From Clostridia bacterium (GTDB lineage: Bacteria; Bacillota; Clostridia; Christensenellales; Aristaeellaceae): a stretch of 64,000 nt of DNA. Positions within the stretch are counted from its first letter, which is position 1, and each line of letters opens with the position of its first letter. Positions 54,289 to 63,454 of the stretch are shown here, piece after piece. The notes below the pieces were generated by a model that saw only the letters and a program-made list of their open reading frames with translations, searched no databases and had not been told where the DNA came from. Location: contig JAFWQU010000023.1 of assembly GCA_017508975.1 (NCBI GenBank), positions 16,075 to 80,074 of the forward strand, given 5' to 3'. Made by a program: the position numbers and the translations under genes.

Positions 54289-56166
54289 ATGCGGCTGGAG
54301 GATGTGCGCTCCCCCCAGGACATCAAGGGACTGTCCATGGAGGAGATGGAAGGCCTGGCCCGGCAGATCCGTGAGACGCTGGTCAATACCGTGGCGGAGC
54401 GCGGCGGGCACCTAGCCTCCAATCTGGGCGTGGTGGAGCTGACGCTGGCGATCCACCGGGTGTTTGACATGCCCAGGGATCGCCTGGTTTTTGACGTCGG
54501 CCATCAGTCCTATGTCCACAAGCTGATCACGGGGCGCTACTGGCGTTTCCACTCCCTGCGCTCCTTCGGCGGAATCTCCGGTTTCCCGAAACGGGGAGAG
54601 AGCGAGTACGATGTGTTCGAGACCGGGCATGCCTCCACCGCAATCTCGGCGGCGCTGGGGCTGGCCCGGGCGCGGGACATCCTCGGGGAGGACCGGAATG
54701 TGGTCTGCGTGGTGGGCGATGGCGCCATGACCGGCGGCATGTGCTACGAGGCGCTCAACGACGCGGGCACGAGCGGCACCCGGCTGATCGTGATCCTTAA
54801 CGACAACGAGATGTCTATCTCGGAGAATGTCGGCGCCCTCTCCCGGCATCTGACGGACCTGCGGGTCAGCAAGGGCTGGACCAGCACCAAGAAGGCGGTC
54901 AAATCCCGCCTGAGCAAGATCCCGGTGGTGGGCAAGCCGATCTACCGCTTTATCCATCTCACCAAGAGCATGATCAAGTCGGCGGTGATTCCCGAGGGCT
55001 TCTTCACCTCGCTGGGGTTCACCTATTTCGGACCAATCGACGGGCACCAGCAGGCCTCGCTGGAGCACACGCTGCGGCAGGCGAAGAACCTGGACGGCCC
55101 CGTCGTGATCCACGTGCTGACCCAGAAGGGCCACGGCTACGACAAGGCGGAGCAGCAGCCGGAGCGCTTCCACGGCATCCCGCCCTTCTATGTGGAGACC
55201 GGCAACGCGCGGGAGCAGAGCCGGCTGCCGTCCTTCGGCCAGGTGATGGCGGAGGAGCTGGTCCAGCTGGCGCAGCGGGACGAGCACATCACGGCGATTA
55301 CGGCGGCCATGGCCAGCGGGACCGGTCTGGACCGTTTCGGGCGGGAATGCCCCCGGCGGCTGATCGACGTGGGCATCGCGGAGGAGCATGCCGTGACGCT
55401 GGCGGCGGGCATGGCGGCGGGCGGGCTGCGCCCCTATGTCGCGATTTACGCCACCTTCTTCCAGCGCGCCTACGATCAATTGATCCACGACGTGGCGATG
55501 CAGCGGCTGCCGGTCGTGTTCCTGCTGGACCGGGCGGGGCTGGTCGGCGAGGACGGCGCCACGCACCACGGCGTCTTCGACCTCGCGATGGCGCTGCCGG
55601 TGCCGGGACTGACGGTGCTGGCCCCGCGGGATCTGCAGGAGCTGCGGCTGATGCTGCGCTGGACCCCGCAGGCGGAGGGTCCGGTGCTGATCCGCTACGG
55701 GCGCAAGAGCACGGATCTGCAGGCGCGCTATCCCATCCGGCGCTTCCAGCCGGGGCGCTGGGAGGTGCTGGAGGCCGGGGAGGACTGCGCGCTGCTGGCG
55801 GTGGGCTCCATGGTGACCACGGCGGTGGAGGTGCGCGACCTGCTGCGGCGGGCGGGCATCCGCGCGGCGGTGGTGAACTGCTCCACGGTCAAGCCGCTGG
55901 ACACCGCCCTGCTGACGGCCTTCGCGGACCGGCCGATCTTCACGCTGGAGGAGCATGTGCTGACGGGCGGCTTCGGCAGCGCGGTGACGGAGGCGCTGCT
56001 GGCGGATGAGATGCCGCCGCCCCGGATCACGTTCGGACTGCCGGATACCTTCGTGCAGCACGGTTCCAGGACGCAGCTGCTGCGCTATCTCGGCCTGCGG
56101 CCGGAGCAGCTGGTGCGCCGCATCCAGGCGGTGCTGCACACGGGGGAGGAGGCCGACCATGGCTGA
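54289..56166 (+). CDS. dxs: 1-deoxy-D-xylulose-5-phosphate synthase
   Basis: ORF 625 aa with GGHLASNLGVVELT, the TPP motif VVGDGAMTGGMCYEALNDAG, and the IAEEHAVT transketolase-like pyrimidine domain. Confidence 0.95.
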   Translation: MRLEDVRSPQDIKGLSMEEMEGLARQIRETLVNTVAERGGHLASNLGVVELTLAIHRVFDMPRDRLVFDVGHQSYVHKLITGRYWRFHSLRSFGGISGFPKRGESEYDVFETGHASTAISAALGLARARDILGEDRNVVCVVGDGAMTGGMCYEALNDAGTSGTRLIVILNDNEMSISENVGALSRHLTDLRVSKGWTSTKKAVKSRLSKIPVVGKPIYRFIHLTKSMIKSAVIPEGFFTSLGFTYFGPIDGHQQASLEHTLRQAKNLDGPVVIHVLTQKGHGYDKAEQQPERFHGIPPFYVETGNAREQSRLPSFGQVMAEELVQLAQRDEHITAITAAMASGTGLDRFGRECPRRLIDVGIAEEHAVTLAAGMAAGGLRPYVAIYATFFQRAYDQLIHDVAMQRLPVVFLLDRAGLVGEDGATHHGVFDLAMALPVPGLTVLAPRDLQELRLMLRWTPQAEGPVLIRYGRKSTDLQARYPIRRFQPGRWEVLEAGEDCALLAVGSMVTTAVEVRDLLRRAGIRAAVVNCSTVKPLDTALLTAFADRPIFTLEEHVLTGGFGSAVTEALLADEMPPPRITFGLPDTFVQHGSRTQLLRYLGLRPEQLVRRIQAVLHTGEEADHG

Positions 56167-56965
56167 GAAACAGCGGGCGGACGTGGCGCTGACCCAGCGG
56201 GGGCTCGCCGCGAGCCGCGAGAAAGCCCAGGCCGCCATCATGGCGGGCGAGGTCTATTCGGGCCTGCGGCGGATCGACAAGCCCTCCGAGCTGATCGGAC
56301 CGGAGGAGGAGCTGACGGTCCGCGCGCCGGCGCACCCCTGGGTCGGACGCGGCGGGCTCAAGCTCGAGAAGGCGGTCGAGGCCTTCGGCGCGGACCTGAC
56401 GGGGCGTGTGTGCATGGATCTGGGCTGCGCGACGGGCGGCTTCACGGACGTCTGCCTGCAGCACGGTGCCGCGCACGTGTACGCGATCGACGTGGGCTAT
56501 GGACAGTTCGACTGGAAGCTGCGGCAGGATCCGCGGGTGACGCTCATGGAGCGCACCAACGCGCGGATGCTCACGCCGGACATGTTTCCCCTGCACCCGA
56601 CGGTGGCGGTGATGGATGTGAGCTTTATCTCCATCCGGCTGATCCTGCCGGTGGCGGCGGGGATCCTGGGGCCGGAGGGCGTGTTCTACACCCTGATCAA
56701 GCCGCAGTTCGAGGCCGGCCGGGGCAAGGTCGGCAAGCACGGCGTCGTCCGGGACCCGCTGGTGCACCAGGAGGTGCTCGGCGGCATCCGGGATTTCTGC
56801 CGGGGCATGGACTGGCGCATGGTGAAGCTCGACTTCTCGCCGGTGACCGGCCCGAAGGGGAACATCGAGTTTCTGGCGGAGCTGCGCCCGGCGGCGGCAG
56901 CCGGCGAGGAAGTGGGGGACGAGGCGATCCGCGCCTGCGTCCGGATCGCGCACGAGCGGCTGTGA
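56159..56965 (+). CDS. tlyA: TlyA family rRNA (cytidine-2'-O)-methyltransferase
   Basis: This lies within ORF 56006..56965. ATG 56159 (MAEKQRADVALTQRGLAASREKAQ) opens an S4 domain, followed by the SAM motif DLGCATGGFTD. It overlaps the dxs stop by 8 nt. Confidence 0.88.
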   Translation: MAEKQRADVALTQRGLAASREKAQAAIMAGEVYSGLRRIDKPSELIGPEEELTVRAPAHPWVGRGGLKLEKAVEAFGADLTGRVCMDLGCATGGFTDVCLQHGAAHVYAIDVGYGQFDWKLRQDPRVTLMERTNARMLTPDMFPLHPTVAVMDVSFISIRLILPVAAGILGPEGVFYTLIKPQFEAGRGKVGKHGVVRDPLVHQEVLGGIRDFCRGMDWRMVKLDFSPVTGPKGNIEFLAELRPAAAAGEEVGDEAIRACVRIAHERL

Positions 56966-56969
56966 ACAC

Positions 56970-56998
56970 TTGCCAAGAGCGGCTTTCGGTGTTATGAT
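56970..56998 (+). promoter_or_regulatory. Internal promoter for glnS-gltX (TTGCCA-17 nt-TATGAT)
   Basis: TTGCCA at 56970-56975 and TATGAT at 56993-56998. Confidence 0.5.
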
Positions 56999-57030
56999 GG
57001 GAGCGATTTTCAAAGCAGGAGGCGAACCCC

Positions 57031-58764
57031 ATGGAGGATAAGGATCGCAGCAACTTTATCTGGGATATGATCGACAAGGATCTGGCGGAGGGCGTCTACA
57101 GCGAGGTGCACACCCGCTTTCCGCCAGAGCCCAACGGCTATATGCATATCGGACACTGCAAGGCGCTGATCATGAACTTCCTGACGGCGGAGAAGTTCGG
57201 CGGCAAGTGCAACCTGCGCTTCGACGACACCAACCCCGCCAAGGAGGACATGGAGTTCGTCCGCAATATCGAGAAGGACATCCGCTGGCTGGGCTTCGAC
57301 TGGACCGGCGGCCTGTTCTACGCCTCGGACTACTATGACCTCTGCTACGAGATCGCGGAGGACTGGATTCTGCGCGGCCTGGCCTATGTGGACGAGCTCT
57401 CCAAGGAGGAGATGCGCGCCTACCGCGGCACCCTCACGGAGCCCGGCAAAAACAGCCCCTGGCGGGACCGTCCCGCGGAGGAGAGCCTGGCGCTGTTCCG
57501 GCGGATGCGCGCCGGGGAGTTCCCGGAGGGCAGCCTGACCCTGCGGATGAAGATCGACATGGCCTCGCCCAACGTGGTGATGCGCGATCCGGCCATGTAC
57601 CGCATCCTCTATAAGGAGCACTGGCGCACGGGCAAGAAATGGTGCATCTATCCGATGTACGACTTCTCGCACCCCATCGGCGACGCCATGGAGGGCATCA
57701 CCCACTCCCTGTGCTCCCTGGAGTATGAAATCCACCGCCCGCTCTACGACTGGGTGGTGGAGCACGCGAAGAACAAGCTGCCCGGTCATCCGCGGCAGAT
57801 TGAGTTCGCCCGGCTGAACCTGACCGGCACCATCATGAGCAAGCGCTATCTCCGCCAGCTGGTGGAGGGCGGCTATGTGCGGGGCTGGGACGATCCCCGC
57901 ATGCCCACCCTGTCCGCGCTGCGCCGCCGGGGCTACACCGGCGAGGCGATCCGCGACTTCGTCAGCCGCATCGGCATGTCCAAGGCGGACTCCGTGGTGG
58001 ACTACGCGCTCCTGGAGAGCTGCGTGCGCGACGACCTGGGCGAGCGCTCCCCGCGCGCGATGGCGGTGCTGCGCCCCCTGAAGGTGATCCTGACCAACTG
58101 GCCGGAGGGTGAGACGAAGACCCTCACGGTGGAGAACCACCCGGACCACCCCGAGATGGGCACCCACACGGTCACCATCGGGCGGGAGATCTGGATCGAG
58201 CAGGACGACTTCATGGAGGAGCCGGTCAAGAAGTATCAGCGCATGTTCCCCGGCAACGAGGTGCGGCTGAAGGGCGCGTACATCGTGCGCTGCGACGGTT
58301 GCGAGAAGGACGGGGACGGGAACGTCACCGCGGTGCTGTGCACGGTGGATTTCTCCACCGAGAGCGGCACCCCCGGCGCGGACCGCAAGATCAAGGGCAA
58401 GACCCTGCACTGGGTGAACTGCGCGGATGCGGTGCCCTTCGAGGCCAGGCTGTATGAGCCTCTGCTGGCGGAGGACGACGAGCTGTCCGCTGAGGCGGAC
58501 CCCGAGGCGGCGGATCCCGAGACCGAGGGCGAGAGCGCTCCCGCGCCCGCCAAGAAGGATTTCATCAGCCGCCTGAATCCCAACAGCCTCACGGTGGTCC
58601 ACGGCTATGCGGAGCCCGTGATCCGTCAGACGGAGGTGGGCGGCACCTTCCAGTTCCTGCGCAACGGCTATTTCTGCAAGGACCCCGACAGCACCCCGGA
58701 TATGCCGGTGTTCAACCGGACGGTGGGCCTGCGGGACACGTTCGCGAAGCAGACGAAGAGATAA
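57031..58764 (+). CDS. glnS: Glutamine--tRNA ligase
   Basis: ORF 577 aa with PPEPNGYMHIGH (HIGH), LNLTGTIMSKR (KMSKS-like) and a GlnRS-type C-terminal beta-barrel anticodon domain. It carries an acidic insertion near 58465-58560. Confidence 0.92.
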   Translation: MEDKDRSNFIWDMIDKDLAEGVYSEVHTRFPPEPNGYMHIGHCKALIMNFLTAEKFGGKCNLRFDDTNPAKEDMEFVRNIEKDIRWLGFDWTGGLFYASDYYDLCYEIAEDWILRGLAYVDELSKEEMRAYRGTLTEPGKNSPWRDRPAEESLALFRRMRAGEFPEGSLTLRMKIDMASPNVVMRDPAMYRILYKEHWRTGKKWCIYPMYDFSHPIGDAMEGITHSLCSLEYEIHRPLYDWVVEHAKNKLPGHPRQIEFARLNLTGTIMSKRYLRQLVEGGYVRGWDDPRMPTLSALRRRGYTGEAIRDFVSRIGMSKADSVVDYALLESCVRDDLGERSPRAMAVLRPLKVILTNWPEGETKTLTVENHPDHPEMGTHTVTIGREIWIEQDDFMEEPVKKYQRMFPGNEVRLKGAYIVRCDGCEKDGDGNVTAVLCTVDFSTESGTPGADRKIKGKTLHWVNCADAVPFEARLYEPLLAEDDELSAEADPEAADPETEGESAPAPAKKDFISRLNPNSLTVVHGYAEPVIRQTEVGGTFQFLRNGYFCKDPDSTPDMPVFNRTVGLRDTFAKQTKR

Positions 58765-58780
58765 GGAAAGAGGAAAGACC

Positions 58781-60244
58781 ATGGAAGTCAGAACCCGCTT
58801 TGCCCCCAGCCCGACGGGCTTCATGCATCTGGGCGGCGTGCGCACCGCGCTCTACGCCTACCTGTTTGCGAAACAGAACAACGGCAAGTTTATCCTGCGC
58901 ATCGAGGACACGGACCAGGAACGCTATGTCGACGGCGCGGTGGAGGTCATCTATGACACCCTGAGGGCCTGCGGGCTGAACTGGGACGAGGGTCCGGACA
59001 TCGGCGGCCCCGTCGGCCCCTATGTGCAGTCCGAGCGCAAGGCGACCTACCTGCCCTACGCGCAGCAGCTGGTCCGCAGCGGCCACGCCTATTACTGCTT
59101 CTGCTCCAAGGAGGAGATCGAGGCGCGCCGCGAGGCGGTCGAGGCGGCCGGCGGCACCTGGAAATACGACAAGCACTGCCTGCATCTGACCCCCGAGCAG
59201 GTGGAGGAGAAGCTGGCGGCGGGCATCCCGTGGACGATCCGCATGAACGCGCCCACCGAGGGCGAGACCAGCTACCACGACACCGTGTTCGGCGACATGA
59301 CCTTCCAGAACGCGGAGGCCATGGACGACATGGTGCTCATCAAGCAGGACGGCATGCCCACCTACAACTTCGCCAACGTCATCGACGACCACCTGATGGG
59401 CATCACCCACGTCATGCGCGGCATGGAGTACCTGTCCTCGACGCCCCGCTACAACTATCTGTACACGGCGCTGGGCTGGGATATCCCGGAGTACATCCAC
59501 CTGCCCACGGTGATGCGCGACGCCACCCACAAGCTGTCCAAGCGGGACGGCGACGCCTACTATTCCGACTACATCGACAAGGGCTACCTGACCGAGGCGC
59601 TGATCAACTACCTGGCGCTGGTCGGCTGGAATCCCGGCGACGAACGGGAGTTCTTCACCCTGCCGGAGCTGGTGGAGGCCTTTGACGTGCACCGCTTGAA
59701 CAAGTCCCCGGGCATCTTCGACGTGAACAAGCTGACCTGGTTCAACGCGGAGTACATCCGCCGGATGGATCCCGCGCGCTATCTCGAGCTGGCGACGCCC
59801 TGGTTCGACCAGGCGCTGGCGGGGAAGAACATCGACTACCGCCGCCTGGCGGAGCTGATGCAGGAGCGCACCGAAATCTTCAACCAGGTGCCGGGCATGG
59901 TGCGGTTCCTCGCGGAGCTCCCGGATTACGACGTGGAGCTGTACACGCACAAGAAGATGAAGACCAACCCAGAGGTGGCGAAAACCGCGCTCACGCTGTG
60001 CAAGCCGGTGCTGGAGGCCATCGCGCCGGAGGACTGGAACGAGCAGGTGCTGCACGACCGGCTGATGGAGGCCATCGCCGCCAGCGGCATGAAGAACGGC
60101 GCGGTGCTCTGGCCGCTGCGCATCGCCATCTCCGGCCAGGCTTCCACCCCCGGCGGCGCCATGGAGATCGCCTACCTCCTGGGCAAGGAGGAGACCCTGC
60201 GGCGGCTGGACGCCGGGATGGAGAAGCTGGAGGCACAGGCGTAA
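58781..60244 (+). CDS. gltX: Glutamate--tRNA ligase
   Basis: ORF 487 aa with RFAPSPTGFMHLGGVRTA (HIGH variant) and HKLSKRDG (KMSKS). Confidence 0.95.
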   Translation: MEVRTRFAPSPTGFMHLGGVRTALYAYLFAKQNNGKFILRIEDTDQERYVDGAVEVIYDTLRACGLNWDEGPDIGGPVGPYVQSERKATYLPYAQQLVRSGHAYYCFCSKEEIEARREAVEAAGGTWKYDKHCLHLTPEQVEEKLAAGIPWTIRMNAPTEGETSYHDTVFGDMTFQNAEAMDDMVLIKQDGMPTYNFANVIDDHLMGITHVMRGMEYLSSTPRYNYLYTALGWDIPEYIHLPTVMRDATHKLSKRDGDAYYSDYIDKGYLTEALINYLALVGWNPGDEREFFTLPELVEAFDVHRLNKSPGIFDVNKLTWFNAEYIRRMDPARYLELATPWFDQALAGKNIDYRRLAELMQERTEIFNQVPGMVRFLAELPDYDVELYTHKKMKTNPEVAKTALTLCKPVLEAIAPEDWNEQVLHDRLMEAIAASGMKNGAVLWPLRIAISGQASTPGGAMEIAYLLGKEETLRRLDAGMEKLEAQA

Positions 60245-60534
60245 TGGCGACCACGCTGTGGGTGCGGGTGATCCGGCACCACCGCACCTGGCGGCAGGCG
60301 GAGGTGCCCTGCGCACGGGATACGGTGACCGAGGCGCTGGACACGGCCTGTCAGCAGCTGGACCTCTCGCGTCCGCTCTGGCTGGACAAGAACCAGCGCG
60401 AGTGGGACGAGTTCGGCCAGACGCGGTTCCTGCCGGACGCCTTCCTGGAGACGGTGGATTTTGACCGCCTGGAGATCGAGTACATCGACACCGAGGCGAA
60501 GAAAAAGCGCTCCCGGGATCCCCGGAACGCGTAG
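60244..60534 (+). CDS. Small hypothetical protein (96 aa), translationally coupled to gltX
   Basis: This is the C-terminal part of ORF 59998..60534. The ATG at 60244 overlaps the gltX TAA (TAATG). The sequence MATTLWVRVIRHHRTWRQAEVPCARD... matches no family I recognise. Confidence 0.5.
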   Translation: MATTLWVRVIRHHRTWRQAEVPCARDTVTEALDTACQQLDLSRPLWLDKNQREWDEFGQTRFLPDAFLETVDFDRLEIEYIDTEAKKKRSRDPRNA

Positions 60535-60571
60535 TGTTCCTTTCCCGGAGCATGGATATCGACAACAGGGT

Positions 60572-60636
60572 GAATCCGAAGGTCCAGGGCGATCGGAAAG
60601 CCCTGGTCGCGCCCGCAGGCGCGAAAACCCTCTGTT
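60572..60636 (-). repeat. RPT-A copy 15 (core 60576-60634), reverse orientation, short-stem variant
   Basis: CCGAAGGTCCAGGGCGATCGGAAAGCCCTGGTCGCGCCCGCAGGCGCGAAAACC, lying between the small ORF and pepV. Confidence 0.95.
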
Positions 60637-60682
60637 CAAATACCCATGTTCCGGGAAAAAACAGGACGAGGAGGTTGCGACC

Positions 60683-62053
60683 ATGCTGGACGAGAGGATT
60701 GCGTCCCTGATTGACAGCTACGCTGAGGAGTATGCGGCGATGCTCACCCGCTGGGTGCAGGTGCCCTCGCTCAAGGCCGAGCCGGAGGACGGCGCGCCCT
60801 TCGGAACCGCCGTGCGGCGCATGCTGGACATGGCGATGGTGGACTGCGAGACCTTCGGCATGCTGACCCATGTCTATGACGGATACGCCTGTGACGCCAC
60901 CCTGGGCGACGACGCGCAGGAGCCGCTGGCGGTGCTGGCGCATCTGGACGTCGTGCCCGCCGGGGACGGCTGGGAGACGCCGCCCTTCACCGCGGTGCGC
61001 AAGGGCGACCGGATCTACGGCCGCGGCACCGGCGACGACAAGGGTCCGGCGCTGTGCGCGCTGTTTGCGATGCGCGCGATCCGCGAGGCCGGCGTCCCGC
61101 TGAAGAAGCCGATCCGGCTGATCCTGGGCTGCGACGAGGAGTCGGGCTGGGAGGATATGGACTGGTACTGTGACCACGCGCACATGCCGCCCGTGGGCTT
61201 CTCCCCGGACGCGTCCTTCCCGCTGATCAACACCGAGAAGGCGATGATCCACACCATGGCCGAGGGTACGCTCTCCCCGGACGGACTGCAGGTGAAACAG
61301 CTGTGGACCGGCGAGCGGATGAACGTGATCCCCGGCGTGTGCGAGGCGCTGCTGGCGGGCGGCGAGGCGCTGGCCGGGCAGATCCGCGCCTGGTCCGAGA
61401 AGACCGGCCTGCCCTACACAGCGGAGGTCACGGATGAGGGCGTGCGGGTGACGGCGCTGGGCATTCCCGGCCACTCGGCCTACCCCGAGGCCTGCCGCAA
61501 CGCGATCGGCATGATGCTGGTGCTGCTGCGTGAGCTGGGCGTGCAGGGCGATCTGAAGACCCTGGCGGACGCCTACCCGCTGGAATACGACGGCAAGGCC
61601 CTCGGCATCGCCTGCGCGGATGAGATGAGCGGCCCGCTGACCTGCAATATCGGCATCCTGCACGTCCGGGACGGCCGCTTCAGCGCCTCGCTGGACTGCC
61701 GTGTGCCGGTGACGGCGGATCTGGATACGCTGATCGCGTCGATCCGCGAACACCTGCCGGGGCTCAAGCTGGTGGGACTCTCGACCACCCCCGGCCACCA
61801 TGTGCCCCCGGAGAGCGAACTGGTGACGGCGCTGCTGGCGGCGTACCACGAGGAGACCAGCCTGCCGGCCGTTCCCCAGTCCACCGGCGGCGGCACCTAC
61901 GCCAAGGTGCTCAAGCAGGGCGTCGCCTTCGGCGCGGGCTTCCCCGGCGACGAGGACCTGGCGCACCAGGCCAACGAGTACGTGGAGCTGCCGAAGATGA
62001 TCCTGGCGGCGAAAATTTACGCCAACGCGATGCTGCGGCTTTGCCGGGCGTAA
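60683..62053 (+). CDS. pepV: M20 family dipeptidase (PepV/Sapep-like)
   Basis: This lies within ORF 60461..62053. ATG 60683 follows a GAGGAGG RBS. Motifs are AHLDVVPAG, GRGTGDDKGP and GCDEESG. Confidence 0.85.
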   Translation: MLDERIASLIDSYAEEYAAMLTRWVQVPSLKAEPEDGAPFGTAVRRMLDMAMVDCETFGMLTHVYDGYACDATLGDDAQEPLAVLAHLDVVPAGDGWETPPFTAVRKGDRIYGRGTGDDKGPALCALFAMRAIREAGVPLKKPIRLILGCDEESGWEDMDWYCDHAHMPPVGFSPDASFPLINTEKAMIHTMAEGTLSPDGLQVKQLWTGERMNVIPGVCEALLAGGEALAGQIRAWSEKTGLPYTAEVTDEGVRVTALGIPGHSAYPEACRNAIGMMLVLLRELGVQGDLKTLADAYPLEYDGKALGIACADEMSGPLTCNIGILHVRDGRFSASLDCRVPVTADLDTLIASIREHLPGLKLVGLSTTPGHHVPPESELVTALLAAYHEETSLPAVPQSTGGGTYAKVLKQGVAFGAGFPGDEDLAHQANEYVELPKMILAAKIYANAMLRLCRA

Positions 62054-62056
62054 CCA

Positions 62057-62085
62057 TTGACAGGAAAACATTCCCATGATATGAT
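62057..62085 (+). promoter_or_regulatory. Promoter for the lysine leader/asd-dapA (TTGACA-17 nt-TATGAT)
   Basis: TTGACA at 62057-62062 and TATGAT at 62080-62085. Confidence 0.7.
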
Positions 62086-62095
62086 AAGTCGAATT

Positions 62096-62270
62096 CAGAG
62101 GCGCGCTGTGCATGCGTACCGCGGCGGAGGATCGGGCGATCCGGGGAGGCCGCGGGAGAGGGCTCAGCGCCGAAGGGACCGTCCGCCCGGGACGGCCGCC
62201 TGGGCGTCATCCAAACAGGATGCCGACTGTCACCGGGCAGATGTCCGGCGGAGCACTGAAGCGCCAGCGG
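62096..62270 (+). promoter_or_regulatory. Lysine riboswitch (L-box) aptamer
   Basis: The conserved L-box blocks occur in order: AGAGGCGC (62097), GGGAGAGGGCTCAGCGCCGAAGG, CTGGGCG, CTGTCAC and GGAGCACTGAAGCGCC. The position upstream of asd-dapA fits the lysine regulon. Confidence 0.8.
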
Positions 62271-62299
62271 CGGCGGGGGAGACCCGCGGCCCGGTCTTT

Positions 62300-62327
62300 A
62301 AGCATCGCCGGCGAGCGATGCTTTTTG
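62300..62327 (+). terminator. Riboswitch expression-platform terminator
   Basis: GCATCGC-cggcga-GCGATGC followed by TTTTTGT, about 18 nt before the asd RBS. Confidence 0.8.
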
Positions 62328-62344
62328 TGAAAGGAGCAGTCAAT

Positions 62345-63442
62345 ATGCAGCAATACAGGGTCGGAATCATCGGCGCGACGGGCATGGTGGGCCAGCGGTT
62401 TATTCTGCTGCTGCAGAACCACCCCTGGTTTAAGATCACCGCGCTGGCGGCCTCGGCGTCCTCCAGCGGCAAGCCCTACCGGGAGGCTGTCGGGAACCGC
62501 TGGGCCTTCGACGAGGCGATTCCGGCGTCCGTGGCGGAGATGACCGTGCTGGACGCGGCGGATATCCCGGCGGTGGCGGAGCGCGTGGACTTCGTCTTCT
62601 GCGCGGTCAATATGAAAAAGGACGAGACCCGCGCCCTAGAGGAGGCCTACGCGCGCCACGAGGTGCCGGTGGTCTCCAACAACAGCGCCTGCCGTGGCCT
62701 GCAGGACGTGCCGATGGTGATCCCGGAGATCAACGCGGCGCACCTGGACGTGATTCCGACGCAGCGCAGGCGCCTGGGCACGGAGCGCGGATTCATCGCG
62801 GTGAAGCCCAACTGCTCCATCCAGTCCTACGTGCCTGCCCTGACCCCGTTGCTCTCCTTTAAGCCGACCCAGATCATCGTCTGCACCTACCAGGCCATCA
62901 GCGGCGCGGGCAAGACCTTCCGCACCTGGCCGGAGATGGTGGACAACGTGATCCCTTACATCGGCGGTGAGGACGAGAAGAGCGAGACCGAGCCCCTGAA
63001 GATCTGGGGCCATCTGGAGCAGGGCGCCGATGGCCCGGTCATCGTCAACGCCGCGCAGCCGGTGATCAGCGCCCAGTGCCTGCGGGTCGCCTGCTCGGAC
63101 GGCCACATGGCGGCGGTCTCGGTGAAGTTCGCCCGCAAGCCCTCCGCGGAGGAGATCCTGACCGCGTGGAACAGCTATGAGACCGAGGCGCAGCGGCTGG
63201 AACTGCCCAGCGCGCCGAAGCCCTTCCTGCAGTATTTTGAGGATCCCTCCCGGCCGCAGACCCGCCTGGACCGTGACTTCGAGCGCGGCTTCGGCATCTC
63301 GATCGGCCGCCTGCGGGAGGACCGGGTGCTGGACTGGCGCTTTGTCTGCCTGAGCCACAACACGGTCCGCGGCGCGGCGGGCGGCGCCATGCTCACGGCG
63401 GAGCTCCTGTGCCGCACGGGCTGGATCCAGGCCAGAGGATAA
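62345..63442 (+). CDS. asd: Aspartate-semialdehyde dehydrogenase
   Basis: This lies within ORF 62057..63442. ATG 62345 follows an AAAGGAG RBS. It has the Rossmann motif [14 protein letters not shown] and the active-site Cys in KPNCSIQ. Confidence 0.93.
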   Translation: MQQYRVGIIGATGMVGQRFILLLQNHPWFKITALAASASSSGKPYREAVGNRWAFDEAIPASVAEMTVLDAADIPAVAERVDFVFCAVNMKKDETRALEEAYARHEVPVVSNNSACRGLQDVPMVIPEINAAHLDVIPTQRRRLGTERGFIAVKPNCSIQSYVPALTPLLSFKPTQIIVCTYQAISGAGKTFRTWPEMVDNVIPYIGGEDEKSETEPLKIWGHLEQGADGPVIVNAAQPVISAQCLRVACSDGHMAAVSVKFARKPSAEEILTAWNSYETEAQRLELPSAPKPFLQYFEDPSRPQTRLDRDFERGFGISIGRLREDRVLDWRFVCLSHNTVRGAAGGAMLTAELLCRTGWIQARG

Positions 63443-63454
63443 GGAGGAGAGTGG

